Virus record (IMG/VR): IMGVR_UViG_3300046820_002180
Coordinates: 95,821-159,820 of that record
DNA from: a virus
Lineage: Duplodnaviria; Heunggongvirae; Uroviricota; Caudoviricetes
Strand: one strand, 5' to 3'
DNA length: 64,000 bases
Position 1 is the stretch's first letter; each line of letters starts with the position of its first letter. Under the pieces are notes generated by a model that ran no database searches, had not been told where the DNA came from, and was given only the letters and a program-made list of their open reading frames with translations. Positions 27,672-37,460 of this stretch are shown one piece after another. Position numbers and translations under genes: made by a program.

Positions 27672-28749
27672 TAAGTATCAAGAATTATTACAAGACATTT
27701 TAGATAACGGTGTTGTTAAAACCGACAGAACAGGTACTGGTACTATATCAGTATTTGGTCGTCAAATAAGACATCGAATGTCACAAGGGTTTCCATTACT
27801 TACAACCAAGAAGATGGCTTGGAAGACAATGGTGACTGAGTTGATTTGGTTCTTAAGTGGAAGTACCAACATCAAGTATCTGGTAATGAATGGATGTAAC
27901 ATTTGGAATGGTGACGCATTTAAGAACTATACTAAAAAAATTAATGACGTTATTGATGGATATAAGTGTGGTGATATAATGGGAATGCAACCACACATAG
28001 AAGAGTGGTTTAGTGATTCAGATAAATTAACACCATTAACTCAAGAAGAGTTTATTGATAAAATAAAAATGAATGATGAGTTTGCCGAACATTGGGGTGA
28101 GTTAGGCCCAATATATGGTAAACAATGGAGAAGTTGGTTAAAAGTTGGTGAAGAGATTGACCAAATTCAAAACCTAATCGATGAACTTAAATCAAATCCT
28201 GATAGTAGAAGATTAATGGTATCTGCTTGGAATGTTGGTGAGTTAAACCATATGATTCTTCCTCCTTGTCATTATGGGTTTCAAGTATACACTAGAGAGT
28301 TAACAGGAGAAGAAAGATGGGATTTGTTAAAGAAGAAAGTTGGTGATGAAAGGTTTCAATTGATGGTTGATGATGTAGTTCCATTCGGTGGAGGGTTAAG
28401 TGAAGAATTACAAGCGTACAATATCCCAAAAAGAGCAATTTCATTAATGTGGAATCAACGTTCAGTGGACACATTTTTAGGACTACCATTCAATATAGCA
28501 TCATATGGTTTATTACTTATGATGATTGCGGATGAAATGAATATGGTACCCGATGAATTAATAGGGAATTTGGGAGATGTGCATTTATATAAGAACCACA
28601 TAGAACAAGCAAAAGAACAAATAAAGAGAGAACCATTTGATTTACCGACGGTACACGTTAGAGATGGTATATTTTCATTTGGGGGTCGGGATGTGATATT
28701 AGAGAATTACCAATCACACTCAACAATTAAAGCACCAATAAGTAATTAA
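27655..28749 (+). CDS. thyA: Thymidylate synthase (ThyA type) with insertions
   Basis: VKTDRTGTGTISVFG, RRLMVSAWNVGEL...LPPCH (active-site Cys), D..LGLPFNIASY and GDVHLYKNH motifs of ThyA. Confidence 0.85.
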   Translation: MNTLDSKYQELLQDILDNGVVKTDRTGTGTISVFGRQIRHRMSQGFPLLTTKKMAWKTMVTELIWFLSGSTNIKYLVMNGCNIWNGDAFKNYTKKINDVIDGYKCGDIMGMQPHIEEWFSDSDKLTPLTQEEFIDKIKMNDEFAEHWGELGPIYGKQWRSWLKVGEEIDQIQNLIDELKSNPDSRRLMVSAWNVGELNHMILPPCHYGFQVYTRELTGEERWDLLKKKVGDERFQLMVDDVVPFGGGLSEELQAYNIPKRAISLMWNQRSVDTFLGLPFNIASYGLLLMMIADEMNMVPDELIGNLGDVHLYKNHIEQAKEQIKREPFDLPTVHVRDGIFSFGGRDVILENYQSHSTIKAPISN

Positions 28750-28752
28750 AAT

Positions 28753-29295
28753 ATGAATAAAAAATTTAAAGAAATAATATGGTTAATAATTGTTTTAACC
28801 CTATTAACAATATCGGCGTTTAGTCAGAATCAATTTTCTGATTATGTAAATTATCAAAAGTCACTGGTTGATGGTGATTATGTTTATGTTATGGTTAAAG
28901 GTAAAACTGAAATAATAACTTTAACTGATAGTGCAAAATTAGACGCCTTCATTAGAGATTGGTTAGGTGTTAAGTATAGACTAGGTGGTCGAACAAAAAG
29001 TGGGATTGACTGTTCCCAATTCACTAAAAGATTATACCGTGATGTTTACGGATTAGAATTAAAAGATGTTGCATATAAACAATGGTCACAAACTAATAGA
29101 ATAACCAAGACTAATTTAATCATTGGTGATATCGTATTCTTTAATACTCGAATTAGCCCAAGTGGTTGGCATTGTGGAATTTACATTGGTAATGATAAAT
29201 TTGTCCACGCAGCAAATAAAGCTGAAGGTGTTAAGATTAGTAGTTTAAGTGAACCAAAATATAAAAAATCATATAAAGGAGCTGGAAGACTATGA
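28753..29295 (+). CDS. NlpC/P60-family peptidoglycan endopeptidase with N-terminal signal/anchor
   Basis: GIDCSQFTKRLY (catalytic Cys), GDIVFFN and WHCGIYIGNDKFVHA (His) motifs; hydrophobic N-terminus. Confidence 0.65.
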   Translation: MNKKFKEIIWLIIVLTLLTISAFSQNQFSDYVNYQKSLVDGDYVYVMVKGKTEIITLTDSAKLDAFIRDWLGVKYRLGGRTKSGIDCSQFTKRLYRDVYGLELKDVAYKQWSQTNRITKTNLIIGDIVFFNTRISPSGWHCGIYIGNDKFVHAANKAEGVKISSLSEPKYKKSYKGAGRL

Positions 29296-29543
29296 TAACA
29301 AGAGAAAAAATATCGGAAATTAATCCTGACGCAATTCTATGGGACGAGTTAGACTTGGCCATTATCGGTTTTACACAGGAAGGTAGGGCAGTCTATGATA
29401 TTAATAAACTGATATCCGAAACTCAAAGGATAAATGAGTTTACGTACGAAGATGCTTACGAATGGGTTGAATTCAACATACTAAATGCGTATGTTGGGGA
29501 GTACACACCGATTCACATATATCCGATAAACGAAGAAGATTAA
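29292..29543 (+). CDS. Hypothetical small acidic protein
   Basis: 83-aa ORF; ATGA overlap with upstream gene. Confidence 0.45.
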   Translation: MITREKISEINPDAILWDELDLAIIGFTQEGRAVYDINKLISETQRINEFTYEDAYEWVEFNILNAYVGEYTPIHIYPINEED

Positions 29544-29668
29544 CGTCCTTGACCTTTGTATCTTTTTGGTTTTTGGTCTTTTGGACCATAAGATTTACGA
29601 GCTTTACCTGTACTTTTCTTACCAAATGATACCTTCATTGATGTAGAACTTCCCTTAGACTTTGCCAT
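29540..29668 (-). CDS. Small lysine-rich 42-aa ORF (MAKSKGSSTSMKVSFGKKSTGKARKSYGPKDQKPKRYKGQGR)
   Basis: Minus-strand ORF filling the 200-nt gap between + strand genes; below the ORF-track cutoff. Confidence 0.3.
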   Translation of the reverse strand: MAKSKGSSTSMKVSFGKKSTGKARKSYGPKDQKPKRYKGQGR

Positions 29669-29745
29669 ATATATAAAAGTTTTTAAATAAATAGTGATAT
29701 TCCAGTTTTTTTCCTATATTTGAATTCTACTAATTATACACTTAT

Positions 29746-31632
29746 ATGAAAAAAGAAATTCTCGCTCAAAGATACTCTTTCACTGAAATTCACCCATACA
29801 GGGATTATTGTAAGCTTTCTGAAAAACCGAAAAACAACGCATTTAATACTTTCAAAGTAGATAATTGGGATTTCGACAGTGAATCTATGAATAATATATT
29901 CGTACGTTCATATAGTACTCATACAATTGAATTAGAGAATAAGTCGGAAATGAGAAAAAAGAACACTAAGTTTTTTTATTCTCCTGAATCTACCGGTATT
30001 AATGTACAATTAAATGGGTACTTCAAAAAAAACGGTGCATATTATACAAAAAATGATAGACAAATAAAACAACACTTTGGTAGAGCGTTCAGTTCTATTG
30101 AAACATATTATTACGAAAGGTCAATAGTTCAGAACGGGGATAAATTAACAATTAAAATGTATGCTCAAACAAAGAAGCGATTTGTAAATTGTAAGTACTT
30201 TAAAAAAGCAACGACCATCAATGGAATTTGTTTAAACTTAAAGACAGGTGATATCACAACATTTGATAAGGCGTACAATTCAAACGTAATGAAAGCCAGA
30301 AAGAATACTTTTGGTAATTTGTGGATGTCATTAGATTCTTTATTAACTCATTTTGGTGCTAGAGTAGATAAGTTTATTACTAATAACGATTTTAAAAGTT
30401 CAATAAAGATACAAAAAGAACTATCTGAAGAATTTAGTGATAAGGTTTTCTTTGAAACATTATACCATTTCTTCAATACCTTCCAAAACCATAAAACGAC
30501 AGAACCAAATTATGGTGTGAAAAGGGATTCTAACCAATGGATATATAACAATTTAATCGACTTGTTCGTGATGATTAAAGGTATTAAAACACCCGATAAT
30601 TACAGAAATTTAATTACGTTTTGTTACCCAACAAAACCCTTTCTTAAAAAGAACGATAATAAATTAGTTGCCGCAATATTAGATAGATTAGGAATTAAAT
30701 CTAAACAAACAATTAAACTTCTACATAAAAATCCCGATATTGATATTACAAGTCTATTCAGATTAAAAAGATATTTTGGTGAGGAGATGTTTAAGTACCT
30801 ATCAAATATTAATATTGATATTTTTTGTAAAAATATGTCAGATAAGACTATTTCACCTTACACTAATAATTTCTACAAAGAAAAGGTCACATACGATAAC
30901 ACGTTTTATTTAAATGATACCGAGAAATATAATCTAATTAAATTATTTAATGAGTATGCGACGGTAAATGAAAACAATCATCGAATGGATACCGTTTTAA
31001 ACAGTCAGTTAAATCAGATTGATGACCATTTTTTAATGATTAAAAAGTTGAGGGATTATTATCCTGATATGATGTTGAGAGCTAAGAATTGGAAAGAGTT
31101 TCATAATGAACACTTAGAATTATCACGTCTTGACAGATTGATAAAAAAGGGTAGTGTAATTGAATATGTCTTTGATGAGAAACTAATTTCAATGATAAAA
31201 GAACCAATTAAAGTTTGGGAATTAGATGGTATCTATCCAAGTATGGAAAAATATAGAATGTACTATCCTGTGCTATTGAAACAGGAAATGGAATATTCTG
31301 AGGAGGGTTCACATATGCATCATTGTGTCGCATCATACTCCAATAAAGAATTATCTATAATTGTATCATTAAGAGCCGACAGTACAGTAGGTAGTGAAAG
31401 AGTCACTAATGAGTTCGATGTTAGAGATAAGACTTGTACACAATCAAGATATTTCTGTAATCAAGTACCACCAGAACACTTTGAGGACGCCTTGGACGCA
31501 CTAAAAAGAAGAATTTCAAAATATAAGTATTCAATCAAGTCAATAGAAAAAAGAGTTATCCCATTAACTATCAATGGTATAGATGTTACAAAGACAACAC
31601 TTCCTACTGATGATGTGTTAGGATTATTTTAA
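29746..31632 (+). CDS. Large hypothetical protein, paralog A (628 aa)
   Basis: Shares KPFLKKNDNKLVAAILDRLGIKSKQTIKLL and other blocks with the next ORF; C-terminal HMHHCVASY. Confidence 0.55.
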   Translation: MKKEILAQRYSFTEIHPYRDYCKLSEKPKNNAFNTFKVDNWDFDSESMNNIFVRSYSTHTIELENKSEMRKKNTKFFYSPESTGINVQLNGYFKKNGAYYTKNDRQIKQHFGRAFSSIETYYYERSIVQNGDKLTIKMYAQTKKRFVNCKYFKKATTINGICLNLKTGDITTFDKAYNSNVMKARKNTFGNLWMSLDSLLTHFGARVDKFITNNDFKSSIKIQKELSEEFSDKVFFETLYHFFNTFQNHKTTEPNYGVKRDSNQWIYNNLIDLFVMIKGIKTPDNYRNLITFCYPTKPFLKKNDNKLVAAILDRLGIKSKQTIKLLHKNPDIDITSLFRLKRYFGEEMFKYLSNINIDIFCKNMSDKTISPYTNNFYKEKVTYDNTFYLNDTEKYNLIKLFNEYATVNENNHRMDTVLNSQLNQIDDHFLMIKKLRDYYPDMMLRAKNWKEFHNEHLELSRLDRLIKKGSVIEYVFDEKLISMIKEPIKVWELDGIYPSMEKYRMYYPVLLKQEMEYSEEGSHMHHCVASYSNKELSIIVSLRADSTVGSERVTNEFDVRDKTCTQSRYFCNQVPPEHFEDALDALKRRISKYKYSIKSIEKRVIPLTINGIDVTKTTLPTDDVLGLF

Positions 31633-31670
31633 CTACACAATGTAAATGTTATTCTCTACATTTTATGTAG

Positions 31671-33068
31671 ATGATAACACACGAACATTATTTTCAAGAA
31701 AAGGTAGAGAGAAATAAACAATCAAGTTCAACTTGTGAATTAAGACTCGGTTCTGATGATACCACATTAGTTTACTACGCGGACTTCTACATTAACTACA
31801 CCAGACTCGGTGATGGTAATAAATTAAGGTTTTGTCACGAATTAATAATCAATAAGGTAACAGGTGATATACAGGTAACTTATAGATTACAAAATGACCG
31901 CATAAAGAATGGTGAGGCTGTTAAATCAGTTTTAACAGTAAAAAAGAACAACTTCGATAAGTTGTGTGATTTAGTTGATAGGGGATTTTACTATGGTGAG
32001 AAAAGATTAAACTATTGGGGAGTCAAGTACAAAAGAATTACTGAGACCATCTTTACTCATATTAAAAATGAATTACTATTAAATGTAGATGATGAATTCA
32101 TTAAGAACAAAACTTACGATGAGAAAACCAAAATCAATCCTTTATTTGATTTGATTGTTGATTTTCATTTACACAAAAAGGGAATTAAATTTCACGATAA
32201 TGTTTATCTAAACATTATGGATGAGTACCCAAAAAAGAAATATCTTAAATTAAACGACAACAAGTTTTTACCATCAGTATTAGATTCATACGGCATTAAA
32301 TCAAAGTACTTGGTGGGAGCGTTATCCTCAAACAAATATGGTAAAGTTAATATCAAATGTCTAAGTTTTCTTTGTAAATTGTTTGGTGACAACTATATTG
32401 AATACATCAAACGATTTGATTGGTGGTCAGTATGTAATGTTCAAAATACACCAAGAAAAACATTCGTATGTAAGAATGATGCGGAAAAGGAATCAGTAAC
32501 AAAGGTTCTTGAGAAATGGATGTCAGATGATGATAGATTAGAAAGTCCCTTCAACGTTATTTACGATTTGTTTACCCTCAGACATTACTTAGAGGAAAGA
32601 GGATATGAATTAAAAATCAGGTTGAAGAAACCTGATGATATTGATTACTTAATAAGTGAATGGTCCTTACTTAAAAAACATTTGTCTCTTGGATATAAAT
32701 TAAAATATAATATACCAGATGATGTTGTTAACGCAATTGAAGAACCGATTGTTCTTGGTGATAATGTTTACATACCAAAAGTAATTTTATCTGAAGATGA
32801 TTTTATTCTCGAAGGAACATTGATGAAGAACTGTATGTCCAAACAATTTTTTCACGGAGCATTATACATTTACGTTGCATTATCATATGGTAGAAAAAGA
32901 ATTAATTTACAATATCGAAGAGGTTCATTCGTACAAGCATATGGAAAAGCAAATACACCGGTCAACAAAGAAATATTCGATGATGCAATGGGAATTTTAT
33001 GTGAACGTTTGAAAGAATATCCATATTTGGTGTGGAAAAAAGAGAAATACGAAATCATAACTAATTGA
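31671..33068 (+). CDS. Large hypothetical protein, paralog B (465 aa)
   Basis: KKKYLKLNDNKFLPSVLDSYGIKSKYLVGAL aligns with paralog A. Confidence 0.55.
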   Translation: MITHEHYFQEKVERNKQSSSTCELRLGSDDTTLVYYADFYINYTRLGDGNKLRFCHELIINKVTGDIQVTYRLQNDRIKNGEAVKSVLTVKKNNFDKLCDLVDRGFYYGEKRLNYWGVKYKRITETIFTHIKNELLLNVDDEFIKNKTYDEKTKINPLFDLIVDFHLHKKGIKFHDNVYLNIMDEYPKKKYLKLNDNKFLPSVLDSYGIKSKYLVGALSSNKYGKVNIKCLSFLCKLFGDNYIEYIKRFDWWSVCNVQNTPRKTFVCKNDAEKESVTKVLEKWMSDDDRLESPFNVIYDLFTLRHYLEERGYELKIRLKKPDDIDYLISEWSLLKKHLSLGYKLKYNIPDDVVNAIEEPIVLGDNVYIPKVILSEDDFILEGTLMKNCMSKQFFHGALYIYVALSYGRKRINLQYRRGSFVQAYGKANTPVNKEIFDDAMGILCERLKEYPYLVWKKEKYEIITN

Positions 33069-33132
33069 TTTATAGTTGGTTATATGATATATTAAAAAAG
33101 ATTTCAAAAAAATTTTCAATTTTATTTTTTTA

Positions 33133-33161
33133 TTGTTAGATTTGTTTAACTAAACTATAAC
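33133..33161 (+). promoter_or_regulatory. Sigma70-like promoter candidate TTGTTA-N17-TATAAC, 3 nt upstream of the ATG
   Basis: Hexamers with a 17-nt spacer immediately upstream of the methyltransferase start codon. Confidence 0.25.
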
Positions 33162-33164
33162 ACA

Positions 33165-34118
33165 ATGAAATACCTATCTGTCTGTAGTGGAATCGAAGCG
33201 GCAACTGTTGCTTGGTCACCACTTGGTTGGGAATGTAAAGGTGTATGTGACTTTGCAAAGTTCCCACAACAAGTTCTATCACATCACTACCCAAACACAC
33301 CTTTATTTACTGACATTACTAAACTCAACACGAATGAAACGTACAAAAAAACAAAATTCGACTTATTGGTCGGAGGAACGCCTTGTCAATCTTTTTCCGA
33401 TGCAGGACTCAACAAAGGAATGGATGATATCCGTGGTCAAATCGCCCTTAGCTATGGACAAATTCTTAAAGAAAAACGACCTAAGTGGTTCATTTGGGAA
33501 AATGTCGAAGGCGTTTTTAAAAGTCAACACAAAAAAGCCTTATGTGAAATCATCTCCTCTTTTACAGGAGTTGACTTCAGACCAGAAGACATCGAAAAAC
33601 AAGGGGTTGTCCAAGGGGAAAACTATTCAATCGCTTATAGGGTTTTCGACTCGCAATACTTCGGAGTTCCCCAACGACGCAAAAGAATCTATATTGTCGG
33701 ATATCGTGGAAAAGACTGGAGAGTCCCATTCTCAGTATTATTTGAAGAAGGATGTTTTGAAAGCGTTGAAGAAAAGAATAAACTCAAGAGGGATGAGTAC
33801 ACCAAAAATATTCTCGGACAAATTAAACTCGCTGGTACGGTAACCAAATCCTACGCAAGAACATTGGTTGATGGGTTTGGTAAAGTATCTACCTCAAACT
33901 ATTGGGTAGATGATAATGGTATCAGAACATTTACTGAAAGAGAACTAGAAAGATTACAAGGGTTTCCCGATGGTTATTTAGATTTTGAAATCAACGGGAA
34001 AAAACCAAGTTATTCTAATGTAAAAGGTGCTGTGGGTAATTCAATGACAGTTAATGTTATGTATTGGATTGGTCAAAGAATAAATTTTATTCACAATTAT
34101 TTGGAATCTTCAAAATAA
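33165..34118 (+). CDS. dcm: DNA (cytosine-5)-methyltransferase
   Basis: Motif I LSVCSGIEAA, motif IV GGTPCQSFSDAG (catalytic PCQ), motif VI ENV (WENVEGV), motif X GNSMTVNVM. Confidence 0.85.
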   Translation: MKYLSVCSGIEAATVAWSPLGWECKGVCDFAKFPQQVLSHHYPNTPLFTDITKLNTNETYKKTKFDLLVGGTPCQSFSDAGLNKGMDDIRGQIALSYGQILKEKRPKWFIWENVEGVFKSQHKKALCEIISSFTGVDFRPEDIEKQGVVQGENYSIAYRVFDSQYFGVPQRRKRIYIVGYRGKDWRVPFSVLFEEGCFESVEEKNKLKRDEYTKNILGQIKLAGTVTKSYARTLVDGFGKVSTSNYWVDDNGIRTFTERELERLQGFPDGYLDFEINGKKPSYSNVKGAVGNSMTVNVMYWIGQRINFIHNYLESSK

Positions 34119-34135
34119 TTTAATATATTTTTATT

Positions 34136-34402
34136 ATGAAAGCACTTACTTACGACCAAAGAACTCTTAACAAAGTATATGCAGAGTTAAGAAACAAAAA
34201 AGAAGACCTTAAAAGACAAGCTTCAGGTTTTCGTAAAGAATCTTTAAGATATCTTAAACTTGGAGATAACGAAAATTTTCAACTATCAAGTGAAGTTTCA
34301 CTTGGTCTTGGGATGGCGGTCAATGAGGTTGATGAGATAATTTACACATTGAAGAAAAGTTTTAAAAAGAAAACAAATGCAGCCAAAAGAATCAAAAAGT
34401 AA
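34136..34402 (+). CDS. Hypothetical small basic protein
   Basis: 88-aa ORF. Confidence 0.4.
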   Translation: MKALTYDQRTLNKVYAELRNKKEDLKRQASGFRKESLRYLKLGDNENFQLSSEVSLGLGMAVNEVDEIIYTLKKSFKKKTNAAKRIKK

Positions 34403-34521
34403 TTCACATTTTTGGATAAGTTTATTTAAGAGTGCGTTAAGATTAACCGCTTGTTGGTTTTTATTTAACGAGCAATTTGGTAACACTGCAATCCTATTAG
34501 GATTGGCGGAGATATTGGGAA

Positions 34522-34740
34522 TTGTTGAAGAGTTATAAAACAAATAGTATGATAGAATTTATTAAAAATAATCAAAAGAATATCACAATGGGTGGTGCAA
34601 TCGCTTTGTTGATTATCTGTTTCTTCCAACAAAAAGAATTAGCCAAATTAAGAGCTGAGAAAAATGTTAACATTGTTAAAGAAGTGGATTTAAAGAAAGC
34701 GGATTCATTAAAATCCATTTTGATAGAAACTAAAAAATAA
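34522..34740 (+). CDS. Hypothetical small membrane protein
   Basis: 72-aa ORF with one transmembrane segment. Confidence 0.35.
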   Translation: MLKSYKTNSMIEFIKNNQKNITMGGAIALLIICFFQQKELAKLRAEKNVNIVKEVDLKKADSLKSILIETKK

Positions 34741-34744
34741 TAGT

Positions 34745-35026
34745 ATGCCAGAATTTACAACCGAAATTGACATCGACCCGAGTGAATTTGTTGACTCTTG
34801 TAGTAAAAGAGAACTTACAAGATTAGTAGAAATCTTAGAAGAGGATGGACACATTGAACCACCCCAATCGAGTAAACAAAAAGGTACGGGTGTTCGCAGA
34901 CCAAACATTAACGACCAACGTTTTTGGGATAGTCTTGATAAGTTAGCTAAGTGTAGAGACCTTCTTACAGTTACTGAAGAACAATTTATTAATAACTTGG
35001 CAGATAGATTCAAATACTTGCGTTAA
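34745..35026 (+). CDS. Hypothetical small protein
   Basis: 93-aa ORF. Confidence 0.4.
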   Translation: MPEFTTEIDIDPSEFVDSCSKRELTRLVEILEEDGHIEPPQSSKQKGTGVRRPNINDQRFWDSLDKLAKCRDLLTVTEEQFINNLADRFKYLR

Positions 35027-35445
35027 TGTTATCGATTGAAAAGAAAAGACTTCTTATCAATTTAAACGAAGAAAAACTTTTTAATCTTCTTAAAACTAAG
35101 TTGATTCCTGATTTGGAAAAGACTGACCAGTATAATCCGACGGATGCATTTAGTACTCTTAGAAAAAAAGTCTATGAGTTAAAGTGTAGACGAGCGGATT
35201 ATTCTGATTTATTGATAGAAAAAATAAAATGGGATTCTCTTATTCAAAAGGGGTCTGTATATTATATTAACTCAACACCACAAGGTATTTTTTCATTTAA
35301 TCTAAAAAAGATTGAAGAACCTGAATGGGTTATTGGTATGATGCCAAAAACAACTGAATTTGAGAATACTAATAAGATACCCAAAGTCGTGGGGTATCTT
35401 GACATATATAAGGACGGTAACGACATTACAAATTTACTTATATAA
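35026..35445 (+). CDS. Hypothetical protein
   Basis: 139-aa ORF; start overlaps upstream stop. Confidence 0.4.
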   Translation: MLSIEKKRLLINLNEEKLFNLLKTKLIPDLEKTDQYNPTDAFSTLRKKVYELKCRRADYSDLLIEKIKWDSLIQKGSVYYINSTPQGIFSFNLKKIEEPEWVIGMMPKTTEFENTNKIPKVVGYLDIYKDGNDITNLLI

Positions 35446-36122
35446 TGAAGATTAAACATCCTTTAGTTAAAGGGAAAGTTAAAGAAATTAAACCAAAAAT
35501 TTATTGCGTATTAGTCGATGACGACTATGACAGAGCAATGTTATTTTGCCGTTATCAAGAATTTTATGAATCTCCATACAAAGAGTTTAGAGGTAAAAAA
35601 TTCAGTTGGATGGAGTATATGAGATTTTATAAAAGTGCTTGGAAGAAGAGGGTGTTCACATATCCTGAAGATTGGTCAGGTTATAACATCCCAAGTAATG
35701 TGGTGGAAAAGGGAATAGACACTTTTTATAAAGAAACCGAATACGACCATATTATGAACGACATTTATTTTTATTGTGCGAATGACTCGATGGAAAAGAA
35801 TAGTGGGACAAGATGTAATTGGTATCTAATTGGTGCTAGTAGTAAAGACCTGAAAACTTTGGACCACGAAATCGCACACGGATTATATTACACTAATAAA
35901 GAATATAAGAAGGAAGTTGAAAAACTTATCAATAAGATAAAACCATCACATTACGAAAAGTTAAAAAAGAAATTAACGAAGATGGGATATGTGGATGACA
36001 AGAAAATTATTGATGATGAGATTAATGCATTTATGTCAACCGGTTTATATAATGGATTGGACACCAAAGAACTAAAAAAATACGAAAAAGAATTTATTAG
36101 AAATTTTAAAAAATTCTTATAA
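35445..36122 (+). CDS. Hypothetical protein with HExxH motif (possible zinc metallopeptidase)
   Basis: LDHEIAHGLYY in a 225-aa ORF. Confidence 0.35.
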   Translation: MKIKHPLVKGKVKEIKPKIYCVLVDDDYDRAMLFCRYQEFYESPYKEFRGKKFSWMEYMRFYKSAWKKRVFTYPEDWSGYNIPSNVVEKGIDTFYKETEYDHIMNDIYFYCANDSMEKNSGTRCNWYLIGASSKDLKTLDHEIAHGLYYTNKEYKKEVEKLINKIKPSHYEKLKKKLTKMGYVDDKKIIDDEINAFMSTGLYNGLDTKELKKYEKEFIRNFKKFL

Positions 36123-36165
36123 AAATACAAATTTCGTTATATATATGTAATGTAAAAAGACATAT

Positions 36166-36582
36166 ATGATTGAAAAGTTTGAACCCTACCACCAACATCT
36201 TTTAATGAAGATTTGGATTAAGAATCCCCCTAAAGAGGTAGAAGTTTTAAATAAATGGTTTGTTGACTTAGTTCACAAAGTTAAGATGGAGGTTGTTGGG
36301 GGACCAACAAGTGTTTATGTAGATTATCCTGGTAATGAAGGTTTAACAGGTACAGTAACTTTAGCAACATCACATTCATCAATACACATTTGGGACCACC
36401 ACCAACCGGCAATGGCTCAATTTGACATTTACAGTTGTAAATGTTTCACATTACAAGACGTTATGGAACAGTTTGAACCTTGGGGAATCGTTGAAGCGGA
36501 GTGGGTTATGATTGATAGAAATAACTCACCAGCTATTATATCTGAAGGTAAATGGACACCGCAACCCGAACATATTGATTAA
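36166..36582 (+). CDS. S-adenosylmethionine decarboxylase proenzyme-like (SpeH/class 1 pyruvoyl type)
   Basis: GLTGTVTLATSHSSIHIWDHHQPAMAQFDIYSCK aligns with the AdoMetDC self-processing region (…ISESH.SIHTWPE…AIDLFTCG). Confidence 0.5.
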   Translation: MIEKFEPYHQHLLMKIWIKNPPKEVEVLNKWFVDLVHKVKMEVVGGPTSVYVDYPGNEGLTGTVTLATSHSSIHIWDHHQPAMAQFDIYSCKCFTLQDVMEQFEPWGIVEAEWVMIDRNNSPAIISEGKWTPQPEHID

Positions 36583-36636
36583 CAGTTTCTTTTTTTTAGA
36601 AATTATTAGTATATTTGAATTATTAATTAAAATACT

Positions 36637-37233
36637 ATGAAAGTTATTTTTTTAGACCACGACGGTGTTATATGTTTGGCAACCGAGTGGGGAGGTAGGG
36701 TTAAAAAACAACTTAAGGTAAAACGTAAGTTGAGTCAATCGGTATCATCTTTACCCGTTGATGTGAGATTTGATAATTTTAACAAGAAAGCTATTGAGGT
36801 ATTAAACGAAATACTTGAAGAAACGGGTGCGGAAATTGTTGTCTCATCCGATTGGAAGAAATGGGCTGATGTTAAAGAAATGGGAGAGTACTATGAATCA
36901 CAAGGAATCATAAAAAAACCAATAGGATTTACCAAGAGTGTATCTAATTGTACTTGTTATAATGAACACACATTTGCGTGGTCACCAAGATGGATGTTAG
37001 AACAGGAACGTTCAATCGAAATTACTCAATATCTACACGACCATCCTGAGATTACTCATTGGGTTGCCGTTGATGATTTAAATATGGGTATTCCACAAGT
37101 TCACGAATCGTGGGGGGATATGGAAATGGATTGGGGATTAAGTAATTTTGTACTAACACCTAAACGTATGGAAGGTATTAAGCAATCAGGTATTAAAGAG
37201 AAAATTTTAAACTACTTAACAGAAAACAAATGA
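36637..37233 (+). CDS. HAD-superfamily phosphatase-like protein
   Basis: N-terminal VIFLDHDGVI matches HAD motif I (DxDGx). Confidence 0.45.
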   Translation: MKVIFLDHDGVICLATEWGGRVKKQLKVKRKLSQSVSSLPVDVRFDNFNKKAIEVLNEILEETGAEIVVSSDWKKWADVKEMGEYYESQGIIKKPIGFTKSVSNCTCYNEHTFAWSPRWMLEQERSIEITQYLHDHPEITHWVAVDDLNMGIPQVHESWGDMEMDWGLSNFVLTPKRMEGIKQSGIKEKILNYLTENK

Positions 37234-37433
37234 TGGAAAGTTATTTAATTGGAATTGGTTGCAGTTTTGGATTGGCAGCAATCATCTCATTTTTTTGGGT
37301 GAGAGGTATTGATTATATGCAAAAGAATCACCCTGATTATAAAGGTGAAGATTTCTTAGATTGGAATATCGAGAAACCTGAAAAACCTAAACAACAACAT
37401 AAGAGAAATATGGATTCTCATTATGGGTATTAA
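37230..37433 (+). CDS. Small membrane protein
   Basis: 67-aa ORF with a hydrophobic N-terminal segment. Confidence 0.35.
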   Translation: MMESYLIGIGCSFGLAAIISFFWVRGIDYMQKNHPDYKGEDFLDWNIEKPEKPKQQHKRNMDSHYGY

Positions 37434-37460
37434 TTGTAATGTTTGCATATTTATATTATT

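Noticed and set aside
33187-33843. 218-aa + strand ORF overlapping the Dcm methyltransferase in another frame
   Set aside because: The overlapping frame 33165..34118 carries all canonical C5-MTase motifs. The alternative frame is Lys/Ser-rich low complexity with no motif.
37443-37460. TTG start of the peptidoglycan hydrolase as listed in the ORF track
   Set aside because: The first ATG is at 37461 (MKRTLL...). The upstream TTG-initiated extension (MHIYII) overlaps a promoter-like AT-rich segment.
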